In this document: positions 11,230-22,061 of the stretch, in pieces
Position numbering within the stretch: the stretch's first letter is position 1
How the letters are laid out: each line of letters opens with the position of its first letter
DNA from: Nemertoderma westbladi
Taxonomy: Eukaryota > Animalia > Xenacoelomorpha
Direction: 5' to 3'
Assembly: GCA_032718475.1 (NCBI GenBank)
Contig: JAUCBJ010003068.1
Span: forward strand, 1-47,520
Length of the DNA stretch: 47,520 nucleotides
Notes under the pieces: model-generated
What the model was told of the DNA's origin: nothing
Database searches by the model: none
Seen by the model: the letters and a program-made list of their open reading frames with translations, nothing else
Position numbers and translations under genes: made by a program

Positions 11230-12260
11230 GGAAAAATGCCAGGACTTTATGTAATAAACTGAAAGGTTCATAAGGTAATGTCTTACTGGACCGCAAACAA
11301 AAGATACTTATTAAGTGGGGGTAGTCGAATTTTTTGAAATTTTTTTTATTGTTTCATGAAGATTTCAATCATTACGCGGTTTCGAAATACCACTTTTGTT
11401 TTCGAGATATTGGGCTTTTTTTACTACTTGCACTTTTCGTACTGGTACCATAACAAAATTTTTAAAATCTCAGAGATTTGTTAACTTACGCCAATTTTAA
11501 TTCTTGTGAGGTTTTTGAAGTACGTGAATCCGATGGTTGCACTTTTTAAAAAATCTGACTAAGAGTTGACTGTTTTTCTTTTACACTTCGTACTTTTCGT
11601 TCTATATCAAAATTTCAAACACATGGACAAACAGAAAAACATACACACAGCCTAGATTTAGCCATACACAACAATGACTTTGGAAATTAAATCTACGACA
11701 CGGTAGACCCCCATAACGTAAATTTTAGCTGCAGGTGTGATTTATTATAATGGAACGGACATCTGATTGACAAACAGACAGACACACAGACCGACAGACA
11801 GACAGACAGCCCCGATCCCCCCAAACATACAAAATGACATCAGAAATAAAATCTCCGACCCAGTAAACCCCATTAACGGAAATTTAAGCTAGGCGTTGCG
11901 ATATATTATAATTTGACGGACAACTAGCAGACAGACACAGACAGACTAGATTCCGCCAAACTCAAAAAAAGACATGGGAAATTAAATCTTCAACCCGGTA
12001 TACACCCATAACGCAAATTTTGGCAAATTCCCCCACTTAACAAGAAGACCCAGGAGAAGGACACCCAGAAGGTAGGAAAACAGAGTTCATAGAACTCTTC
12101 CGATTCAATGTCCAGGAATGTTTATTCACAGTTGTCATGGAGATGGTCCACACTACAGTACATGCGTGTGTAGAGTGGAAAGAGGTACAGGTTTTAGCTT
12201 TTCTGAAAATAATTATTTAAAACAATACTACTGTACCTAAGGGAGATAATCTGGGCAGAT
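11230..12260 (+). mobile_element. Possible decayed Penelope-like GIY-YIG endonuclease fragment, interrupted by the 11311-12040 element
   Basis: Pieces across frames: PGLYVIN, YTG..TKRYLLTR (runs across the TTAA insertion site), QEKDTQK, VEWKEVQVLA. Very degenerate. Confidence 0.35.
11311..12040. mobile_element. Non-autonomous element bounded by TTAA and inverted gtggggg/cccccac ends, with internal tandem modules and (CAGA)n tracts
   Basis: ttaagtggggg at 11311 and cccccacttaa ending at 12040; three diverged copies of gaaatwaaatct...cccat(t)aacg.aaattt near 11682, 11842 and 11977, separated by acag/gaca microsatellites. Confidence 0.6.
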
Positions 12261-12291
12261 AGATGATTGCTGTTAAGATTATGATCCCTCT

Positions 12292-12853
12292 TGTGACGGG
12301 ATCCCCGAGTTGGCGAGGTAATCCCTTTTGGGTTTTGTCTTGGTTTGATACGCGTCGCCGCTTCCGCTTACTGTGGCTGAAAGCTGAATGACTGAAGGCC
12401 GAAGGCCGGTATAATAAGGGAGTTTTGGTGTTAAAGTCGTTAATCTCTGATTAATATAGATACCGGTAATAGAGCACAAGTACAAAGCGGTTGGTGACGA
12501 TGATGGTTGAACACCATTCGACTTCTATACTGCATAAACCAACTGAAGGCACAATTAACGGGTAACGGTTATATATAATTACTAAACATGGAATATTGCT
12601 ATCTACAGTTTGGCCTGGCCAATGAATGCGCATTAATCAGATGGTAAATTGCACCACCATTGGCTACTCTCTTTCCTGGGCCAATATGATAGCTTCTGCC
12701 CTGAGATGAGCAAGCATCTATCCCAATGTATATTGCCTCTATTGTGTTGGTATCCGATATTATATTACTAATATTGGATAGCCAACTGTAATTGGTAAAT
12801 CGCCACTTTCCCCATTTTCCGCTGGGTGGTGCAGCGAATTGGATCCGCTAACA
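12292..12853 (-). mobile_element. 3' LTR (562 bp) of minus-strand BEL/Pao element
   Basis: TGT...ACA ends with imperfect inverted termini (tgtgacgggatcc / ggatccgctaaca); adjacent polypurine tract on the minus strand; homologous in reverse to the LTRs at ~18245-18776 and 20692-20970 (shared tatataaccgttac..ttaattgtgc.ttcagttgg). Confidence 0.85.
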
Positions 12854-12864
12854 CTCCCCCCCCC
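12854..12864 (-). promoter_or_regulatory. Polypurine tract (PPT)
   Basis: ctccccccccc on + reads as a G-run ending in AG directly before the LTR TGT on the minus strand; an 11-bp hairpin atgctatcttc/gaagatagcat lies at 12865-12893. Confidence 0.8.
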
Positions 12865-14265
12865 ATGCTATCTTCCCGGTGAGAAGATAGCATCAACCTC
12901 TAGTGTGCTCCAATTCCGCTGGAATCCAATTTAGTATTGGATGTGGGGTGGAATTTTCTTCTTGGGGCCAGTTTTCTAGGCTGGTCCCTCTGGGTCTGTT
13001 CTCACCATCCTTGGTACATCTGCGAGCTAAGTTGTACTAAGGCATCTGGCGTCTCTGTTTTAGACGATCGCCCTTTCTCCTCACTCAATTTTCTTCCCCG
13101 GACACTGTCGTCCAACCTCCTCACCCCCCCTCTCACCTCACTAGTCCCATAGGACTCATCCTCCACACTGCTCTCCCCCACACTTGGATCTCACACTCCT
13201 TACCGTTTCCCCAAATTCTAGCACCTCCTCCCCATGCTCCTCTCATACTCAACTCGTTTTATTCTCACTCTACACTCCTATTGGGATCCCACGATCTTGC
13301 ATACATGCGCTATATATGCGGTAAGTGGGTCCTTGTCTCGTCCTCCCGTTTCAGTCAATTAGTTCCCAGTCCCAGTAGCTAATTGGAAAAGGTTCTTTCT
13401 GACTATAGTACATCATACGATGGTAATATTATCACACTACGATTTACTATTCTTATAAATCTTATTTATATTATTCATAATTAGGACGGGGACATTTTAC
13501 TTTAGTCTACAATTCCGGCGCTGCCTTCCAGGCATCCTGATGTTTTCCCGTCAGTATATGACATCAGTGAATAACATCTAAAACGTCGGTCTAGAACTTT
13601 TAGAACTTTCTCTTTTATCTTCGTCCTGGCTAGGACGCTCCCTGCCATCCTGTTTGTTCTTAATCGCGGATGTACTTGCTGCGACGGCTTGAGTGCGGTT
13701 GTTATCATCTCTCAATAATGCTTCGCTGGTGGTCCCATCAAGTGTCCCTCATACCCATACCCCCAGTTGCGCCCCTGGGGACGTTTCTTATTTTGCAGGA
13801 CATGAGCACTCATAATAAATCCCAAACTCTGCCCTGTTGTTCAATGACCACACATCCAGGTGTCACTGGTTAATGGTGATCCCTCCGTGCAGTGCGGTTG
13901 TTGTTACCTCCCATCAGCATGGTGGGCGAATGGCAATTTCCTCCCTGCCAACCAAGGTTTTCCTTTATATGGACATTCCACCTCTTTATGACATAGTCGT
14001 GGAGGAGTCTGCTGATCGTTTTATCCACCTTTACCCAGTGTCCCATTGATCTCCACTAGCCGTTACTTCTGTCACTGCTTCTCCGCCATCCCAATCTCTC
14101 ATCAGACTGATGGTGCCTTGGTAAGGCTCAGTATGACAAGAGACGACCAATTCTACCGGAATCAGTGTTAATATCTGAGATGGCCTACCCCTTTCTACTC
14201 TCTCTCCCATGTGTTCCCTTAATTTGTCCATTAACCCTTAATCATGACTCTAGCTAAACTATACA

Positions 14266-14395
14266 TGGTCCCATTGACCCGGCTTTAGTATTGGTCCCAT
14301 TGACCCAGCGTAAGTATTGGTCCCACTGACCCGGCTTAAGTATTGGTCCCATTGACCCGGCGTAAGTATTGGTCCCATTGACCCGGAGTAATTAT
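14266..14395. repeat. 26-bp tandem repeat, 5 copies, inside the LTR element
   Basis: Unit tggtcccattgacccggc(t/g)taagtat. Confidence 0.92.
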
Positions 14396-14486
14396 GTTTT
14401 TATTTTATTATTTTTATTTTATTTTCGTGGGAAGGGTGTATCGCCCCCCATTCCCACCCCCTCAGTCCAACGTATTGGACGACTCA

Positions 14487-15347
14487 TCAACCTAAGGGCA
14501 ATTCTTCCAGCAGGCAACTCTCCCACTGCCCCTCTGTAGGTCCTCTTATTCTTCGCCACACTCTCCTTGTCAATCCTAACTCCATCGGATCTGACCCTCC
14601 CTTCTCCTCCACCCTAAGATCGGATCTTTCCGTCACCCCACAGAATTCCTCATCGCCCCCTGGTGGCAAAATGCCACCTTTCGTCTTGTCGTCACTTGGT
14701 GACAGGATGCCACCCCTCATTTCATCGTCACTGGTACATTCCACCTCTGCTGGCCTCCCCCTCAATATGTGCGCCGGCATTAAAGCCTCCGATGACCCTT
14801 GGTCATCATTTGGTATGCAAAATGGAACATTTAATGCCCCCTCGCAATCTGCCAGCCCCATGTCCAACACGTCTCCTCTAACTTCCCCATTCCCATCACC
14901 CTTCGTCATCGGCTCCTCTCCCTTTGGATTAACCCTCTTATATCCTTTCCCTTTCCACCTTATCTTCTTATTCGATACCAGGGGTATCTGTATACTCCTT
15001 ATTTGGATCGGCGTCTCTTCCATATATCTCTCCAGATATCTCGCCGTCCAATCTTCCCCATCCTTGTACCAATACTCGCCAGGAACATCCGTGTTCCATC
15101 CCATCACCTCTAGGTCCTCTGTGTTGAACCCATTCTCCTCCGCCCACTCCCTTGCTGTTGCTTCTCGTCCTGACTCCTCTATTGACGGTATCTCTTTGGA
15201 TTCGTCCCCCACCCTTTCCTCCATACGTGGTTCCACGTCCATACCTGCCCCTGTCTCCTGATATCCTTCCCCGGGCCGCTTCTCATATCCCCATCGCCTG
15301 TCTTCGACTTCAGCTCTACTTCCCCAATGGTACCAGACAGCATGCAT
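14487..15347 (-). CDS. Acidic 286-aa ORF of unknown function within the BEL element
   Basis: Long open frame on the element sense strand overlapping the protease end; no motif recognised. Confidence 0.3.
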   Translation of the reverse strand: MHAVWYHWGSRAEVEDRRWGYEKRPGEGYQETGAGMDVEPRMEERVGDESKEIPSIEESGREATAREWAEENGFNTEDLEVMGWNTDVPGEYWYKDGEDWTARYLERYMEETPIQIRSIQIPLVSNKKIRWKGKGYKRVNPKGEEPMTKGDGNGEVRGDVLDMGLADCEGALNVPFCIPNDDQGSSEALMPAHILRGRPAEVECTSDDEMRGGILSPSDDKTKGGILPPGGDEEFCGVTERSDLRVEEKGGSDPMELGLTRRVWRRIRGPTEGQWESCLLEELPLG

Positions 15348-15838
15348 CCAGATGTTTCGGGTGTGTTAAATGGAATGCTGGACTTAATAGGCCCAGTAAG
15401 CGTCCATCCAAATGGCATTAGGATCGCCACTGGGTCTCGCTCCTTGTCCCTCCCAAATATCGTCTCTAGCCTCTCATGGGCTGTCGGGCATTCCATCCCG
15501 AATATCAGAGATACCTTCGGCACATCGAGGTCTGGTGTCGACAGGTCAATCGAGTCCAGGTGCCGATATTGCTCGATTTCTATCTTCGTTGGCTGCCTGG
15601 CATTGATGTTTTTGGATTGAGTGATACGTATAGGGTCTATAGTCGCTCCGTAGTTGGAACCTGGAGTTATAGCCCCTATCCGACACCTTCCTGTTCTCGA
15701 CAGAATTTCATCCTTGGCGGATATGGTGGTAACCGCCATCTTACTCGACCTCGTCTTTAATTGTAGCCTATCTGCCACCCAGCTTTCCATCAACGTGAAT
15801 GCTGAAGACGCGAAGACGTGAAGATACCAATAGCCCAT
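15179..15838 (-). pseudogene. BEL/Pao aspartic protease region (DUF1758-like), degenerate
   Basis: Follows VLLGVVPVRI at the end of the gag ORF in a shifted frame; LIFGM and PVAILMPFGWTLTGP match BEL protease C-terminal motifs; no catalytic D-S/T-G is visible. Confidence 0.65.
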
Positions 15839-17047
15839 TCTCTCCCATTATTCTTACTGGCACCACTCCCAGTAACACTGTTCCTCGCTTCTTTAATCTT
15901 CCAGTCGTACTTGCCACCATTGTTTGGCCTCCAGTCTTATTGGTCTCAGCGTATCTCGGTGGATGTTCTTGACACCTATCCTTCCTATGTCCTCCCACCG
16001 TGCATCTGTGACATAATCCAAATCTCCCTGCATAAGCTAAGCTATCTTCTTTCAGCAATGCCTGCCACTGGTTGCAATCGATGGTTTTATGCATCATATT
16101 TCTATGTAGTTGACACCAGTAGTTTGGATTATAATGCTTTCTGTATAGCGTCTCGCGTAATTCGTCCAGGTCTGACTCGGATTGTTTATTGTTTTGGTTG
16201 CATATACCCGTATCCGGGGTGTTGTTTCCTCCATAGCCACCATAGTTGTTCTGTGGACTAGTAGTCCCCTCAACGGTTGCATATGGCAACGATTGCCTCG
16301 CTTCCAGAAGTGCATCTGCAGCACTGTGTTCCGCTTTAGGTCGGCTGTATTCCGCTTTCAGTACCTTACTGGGACTCTCGTCGCTGTACACTGGATCCGT
16401 TATCAACTCGGCTTCGTAGTTAAGGAAGTTCGACATCTCTTCTATCCCTGGCTCTGCACCCTTCTTCACTCGGGTGGAGAAAGCGATCTTTCTCCATTTA
16501 TTCCTCAACCATATCGGTAGTGCCTGCGCTATGCTCGTGATGTTACTTGAGGCATTAAGTTCGTATGGTGCTTCTAGCATCTTTAAAACTATCATTGCCT
16601 TCTCTACTTTGTTGGCGAAGGCTTTGATACTAACAGGGTTATCCGCGAGTCTGCCTGATGTTATTCCCCTCAAGGTTTGTTGGATAATCTTCGCCGGATG
16701 GCCAAATTCCCTATCCAGGGCTCTCCATGCTGTTGTAAATCCTCCTTCGATTCCCCGATATTGCCTCACAATATCATAGGCTGGCACCCCTGTATAGACT
16801 TGTAGGTACTTAAGGCACTCCGCTTGCGTGAGATTCTTCGTGAGAATCTCATTGCTGTACATCCTCTGGAACTGTAGATATTCTTCTGGCTTGCTACCAT
16901 CAAACTTAAAAGGCTCCTTGGGTTGGGTGGCAGCTCTATTCTAGTTTTTAGCGTGTCGATGAGTGTCGCCATTCCCATCGCTTGAATTTCCAGTGCGCTT
17001 GACAGTATGGATGATTCGAGGCTCCTTTGATGTTGACTGTGCTTCAC
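15768..17047 (-). pseudogene. BEL/Pao Gag (DUF1759-like domain plus Cys/His knuckles), frameshift near 16925
   Basis: FKFDGSKPEEYLQF, LKYLQVYTG, AWRALDREFGHP, LPIWLRNKW, then CQLH..H...C and LCHRC...GH....C knuckles; main ORF 15768-16862. Confidence 0.85.
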
Positions 17048-17067
17048 CTCTTGGGTTCATCGACTTT

Positions 17068-18245
17068 CCAAACGGATTTCGACCAAGTAGATCAACAATA
17101 GCTCAGATACTTGCACTATGGAGACTGATTGAAGGAATTAAGTCAAAGAATCTCCCCGCAGTCATGACTTTTGTGGACTTCAAGAAGGCATTCGACTCCA
17201 TCCATAGAGGTCCTTGAAATCCTAAGAGCTTATGGAATACCAGAAGGAATTGTTGTTGGCATTGGATTGTTATATTGTTACACTGAAGCGCAGGTACTCT
17301 CACCAGATGGTGAAACTGAGTTTTTCTCAATCCTGGCTGGTGTACTGCAAGGTGACACATTAGCTTCATTACTATTTGTAATTGTGCTGGATTACGCAAT
17401 GAGGACGGCCATAAAGAATGAAGATCCGGGATTCACACTTCAAGAACGCAGAAGTAGTAGATATCTGGGAACTACAGTCACAGACACCGACTTTGCGGAT
17501 GACATCGCCCTGCTCTCTAATACCCTAGCAGATGCACAGCTTCTACTAAATAAAGTGGAGAGGGCTGCTAAGGAGGTTGGATTGCATATAAATGCTACCA
17601 AGACCGAATTCATGACCTTTAATGTTGATGGTAACTTGACAACCATTGATAATAATCATCTAAGGAAGGTCGACGACTTCCAGTACCTTGGATCATGGAT
17701 AGAGAGTAGCAAAAATGACATAGAACTTAGGAAAGCAAAGGCTTGGGTAGCTCTACCAAAAATGGATACCATCTGGAAATCAGATCTCTCCAGGCACCTG
17801 AAGACTAAGTTCTTTCGAGCCACAGTGGAAAGTGAATTTTTTTACAGGGTGAGACCTGGACACTGACTAAATTACTTGAACAACGAACTGATGGTTGCTG
17901 CACAAGACTTCTAAGGGCAGCCCTAAACATAAGCTGGAGACAACACATGACAAACGCCGAGGTTTATGGTACAATACCACCTGTATCAACCCCCCTCCAT
18001 GAACGCAGATTAAGATTCAGTGGGCACTGCTGGCGAAGTAAAGACGAGGTCATACCAGATCTACTTTTCTGGCAACCAACTCATGGAAAGCGTAGTCGTG
18101 GACGACAGGCCATAACATATATAGATCAACTTGAAAGGGATACTGAACTTGGGAGAAACGAAATTGCGACAACTATGGAGAATCGGGAAGCCTGGAAGGA
18201 TCTCATTTCCACTGTCCGAGTTCTTTCGACCTAGTAGTAGAAGTA
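17068..18245 (+). mobile_element. 5'-truncated RTE-clade LINE (RT domain to 3' end), frameshifted
   Basis: NGFRPSRST, FVDFKKAFDSI, GVLQGDTLA, DFADDIALL, LHINATKT, FQYLGS, RRLRFSGHCWR; frameshifts near 17215 and 17850; short tagtagtagaagta microsatellite-like tail right after the stop, as in RTE elements. Confidence 0.9.
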
Positions 18246-18776
18246 TGCGATATTACCAATATAATATCGCAGATCAAAGGCACCAAGGCAATATACAATG
18301 CCAGCTAGAGAGAGAGAGATGCCAGCACATTAGCACATCAAAGGGGGAAGCTAGCATAGGGCCAGGGGAAAATAGGGACTGGCTGGAGAATAGATCAACC
18401 AATGATAGGGCGGCTTACCATCAATTATCGCGCATTCATTGGTAGGCGAAACCTCGGTAGGAATGTGTATCCCATGTAATATATATAACCGTTACTCTGT
18501 TAATTGTGCTTCAGTTGGCTACATTGAGTGTAGAAGTCAGACGGTTTTTAACCGTCGTCGCTGTCATTATTACTGCTATTATTGTATTAGACTGAATGTG
18601 CTTATCTGATATTACGAACAACAATAACTATAAACTCAGTTATTTCACCAGCCTTTGGCCTTTCAATTTCACCACAGCCATTCAGTAGCCTAGCAAACGC
18701 AGCGACGCGTATTCTCCATACGACTCAAACACACACACACTGGTCGGGATCTTTTGCCAACTCGGATTTCATCACA
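18245..18776 (+). mobile_element. 5' LTR (5'-truncated) of plus-strand BEL/Pao-like element
   Basis: 18501-18776 is repeated at 20692-20970; ends ...atcaca; TATA-like tatataa near 18483; homologous to the reverse complement of 12292-12853. Confidence 0.8.
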
Positions 18777-20675
18777 GTTAAAAACCCACGATGAGAGACA
18801 ATGTGATCCGGGATAACTGAGACAATGACATGCCAACATGAGGGAATGAACACCCCAGAGTTCGGAGAAGGGAGAGAGTCTGCCGCGCACCCCAAGCGAT
18901 AGAGATGCGACAATTTGAGAGGTGGCGACGAGGCGGTACCGGCCCGCCACACCGGATTCGCCAAGGAACGACGGTTCAGTTGTCGAGGAGGAGGGCGGAT
19001 GGGTACGAGGAAAGGACACGAGTCGAGACGGGACGGGAGCGGCGAGAGGAGTACTGGAGTCACCAGCCAACCAGCGGCTGAGGCTGCGAGCCGCCCACTG
19101 AAACAGCAATGGCGGGGCCGACGATACTATGCCGGATGAGTTGAGGAGGGCAAGGAGTTCAGGAGGAGGATGTTGGGATGAGCGATCCCCCTATGACGCG
19201 GATAGAACACTACGAGAAGGATCCTTAAAGACGCCAAGACAGGAGGAAAGGTAGACAAGCCCAAGTTACGCCGCAGACTCAGTGAGTGTGATAAACATTC
19301 TCACTACCTAGTCCGATTTGGGCAGGGGGAATTAGAAAATGAGAGGATGAGAGGGGTCGCCACAGAACTGTTTGAATTGTAGCGATCAGTGGTAATGCCA
19401 TATGGTGTAGTGTACATAGGGCCTCATCTAGTAGATGCGTGGGGGATTAAGTTAGTGGGATGGGTGGGTTCAAATGACGCCAAACCCGAGGTTAACCCGG
19501 AGGATTCAGTGTCATCCGTTAGAAAATCCACTAGCAGGCATGATAAAATTAGTAAAACCAGCAGGCGACAGGAGTCCGTCGTAACCGAAAAGTCCGCTAC
19601 ACCCTCCGCGAAAGCAAGAAGGGTGTCAGAGATAGATCTGGCATGTCAGTTCGACATGGTCTCATTGGACCAAAGAGAATTAGAGAGACAGTTAGACAAG
19701 GGAACTGCGCTGTTAGAGAGGGAGAGGGAGCTAGCGAGAGAGAGTAAAGAGAGGGCCGAGAAGGTGGCGAGAGACTATAGAGAGTGGGGGGAGAGGGAAA
19801 TGAGTGAGTGTAGAGAACGGTAGGAGACGGAAAAGAGTGAGCGCAAAGAGCTGGACATGAGGGAGGCAGAGAGGGTTGTGAGGGAAAAGAGTGAACGCAA
19901 AGAGCGGGACGCGAAGGAGACAGAGAGGGTTGAGAGAGAAGTGAGGGAGTGCAGAGAACGGGAGGAAAGGGAAGTGAGAGAGCGCAGAGAACGGGAGGAA
20001 GGGGAGATTAATGAGTACAAAGAGCGAGAGGCGAGGGAGGCAGTGTTAGCCGATCAGAGTATTAGAGAGTACAGGGAAAGGGAGATGGCTGGTAAGAGAA
20101 TGCGGGATGATATGCATACCTGATGGAGGGGGTTAATGCAGTATCAGGCGAAACAGAAACGCCGGTTAGAACTGGCGAAACTGGGTCTTTTCAGAGAGCG
20201 AAGCTGGTTCGGGAAGTATTTATGAGGAACCAGGGGTGATGGAAACTTTTGTTAATACTCCACTTACAGGTACCGGATGACAAACACAGAACTGGTGTGA
20301 CCGGACGAGTGGGGGACGGGGGGGGGGGGGGGGGGGTACGTATATGACAATACGTTTAGTGGGAACGTTAATACTAATAATACCGTAGTTGATAATTCTA
20401 ATAATAACGAGGGCACTTTTCTTACAGGAAATAATGTTTTGGTAAATAATCTTAATATTGGCGCGATAAATAATTCAAATAATTTAAATAATAATAACGT
20501 AATAAATAACAACGGTGAACAAAATAATTTAAATAATAATGATGAAGGGTTAAGTAATAATATAATAAATAACGGTGGTGAAAGTAATGAGGGTATAATT
20601 AATATAAACGATCGTGGAGTAAATAATTCGCCTGACGGAGGCCTACAAGGCCGCGCAGAAATGCGGGGGGAACTG
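18777..20675 (+). pseudogene. Decayed N-terminal Gag region of a BEL/Pao-like element (internally deleted)
   Basis: VNPEDSVS motif followed by an S/K-rich segment, long E/R coiled coil and N-rich tract, as in BEL Gag N-termini; several in-frame stops. Confidence 0.55.
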
Positions 20676-20691
20676 AACTGAAGCACAATTA

Positions 20692-20970
20692 TAATTGTGC
20701 TTCAGTTGGCTACATCGAGTGTAGAAGTCAGACGGTTTTTAACCGTCGTTGCTGTCATTATTACTGCTATTATTGTATTAGACTGAATGTGCTTATCTGA
20801 TATTACGAACAACAATAACTATAAACTCAGTTATTTCACCAGCCGTCGGCCTTTCAATTTCACCACAGCCTTTCAGTAGCCTAGCAAACGCGGCGACGGT
20901 TTTCTCCATACGACTCAAACACACACACACACACAGGTCAGGATCTTTTGCCAACTCCGATCCCGTCACA
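20692..20970 (+). mobile_element. Partial 3' LTR of the plus-strand element
   Basis: Roughly 90-95% identical by eye to 18501-18776; ends gatcccgtcaca. Confidence 0.85.
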
Positions 20971-21841
20971 AAGTTTATGTGAAAGAGTGATATTTTTTTA
21001 CAGATTAAAAAAGTACTGTACGTACAGTGTACAATATTAACAACATTGAACTGTCCGCAAATTACTTCATTTTGAATATATCCTTCTTTTAGGTTTGATC
21101 TATCTGTATTTAAATTAATAAAAGAGACTTCACCAAATCCTTCTAGAAACTAGTTTAGAATAATTTGTTGAGAAAGCCGTGGACTGAATGACCCAACCAA
21201 CAAATCCTGGAGTACACAATTATAATAAAGTTAAATCTATGTGGGGATAAGGTAATTGAAGCGCCTGTGATTGGTGGATTTATGTCGTTGCCATGGTGGA
21301 ATCAGCTTATTTATTTTAAAAAACAGGAATCACTGAGTACAACTACCCTGCTACCGTCAGAGCGTACCGGTATACTGGTATATCCAATTCACTCTTCTAT
21401 CTACAGATCTATCTATCTGTACTTTACTACTGCCTACTGTACGGTACTACTTCATTCAGCAGTTCGTAATACTGTAATAGCAAAACTGTAATTATGTACG
21501 GGGGGTACGGTAAGATTGTACGGTACAATATTACAAGGCAGCAAGGCAAGGAGCAACGAGCAAGGTGTTCTTTACTAAAGAACGCCTTACCCATCAGCCC
21601 ATTGCCTTATTAATTAATCCTGTAACCTGCTTGCCGGACATAAACGACATAATTACAGTTCACAGTTGGCCTGCGAAATACTAAAGTGTAAGTAAAGTAA
21701 CAGCTTAACAGGAAGCACATCTCACTGGCTCACAGCATACAGGCATAACATAACGACCGGTTAATCTGAACTCTCTGACTCCTGGACTCTAAAACGTTAC
21801 CTACCGGTAGCTATCGAACTCTATAATTGAAAGTTGTAACC

Positions 21842-22061
21842 ATGATGGCCAAACCTGAAACGATTTTTGGGGTGGAGAATATCGGAGAATCCGACGAGTT
21901 ACGATTGGGCTGCGCTGATGATCCTACTGTTGGGAGGTTGGGAGATTATTGTGACATCGAGGATGATCCTAATAGCAACACTGGCCCTCCCACTGGGGAG
22001 AACGCGCGATGGGGTCCACAACACGCCGGCGCGAAAAAACTCGCGGCCATGTACTCAAGTG
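21842..22061 (+). CDS. PEDS1: PEDS1/TMEM189 coding exon 1
   Basis: MMAKPE...[19 protein letters not shown] then donor gtaagt at 22062; the start could be either of two adjacent ATGs. Confidence 0.9.

Larger units (their letters stand above)
12292..17067 (-). mobile_element. 5'-truncated, non-autonomous BEL/Pao LTR retrotransposon (gag + protease, no recognisable RT/RNase H/integrase)
   Basis: Gag, protease, PPT and LTR in the correct order on the minus strand; no RT or integrase motifs recognised between protease and PPT. Confidence 0.8.

Noticed and set aside
14663-16779. Plus-strand ORFs over the BEL element
   Set aside because: Antisense shadows of the gag/protease region.
18923-18933. 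tggcgacgagg as a tRNA-Ser primer binding site
   Set aside because: About 145 bp from the LTR end, whereas a PBS should abut it; probably chance.
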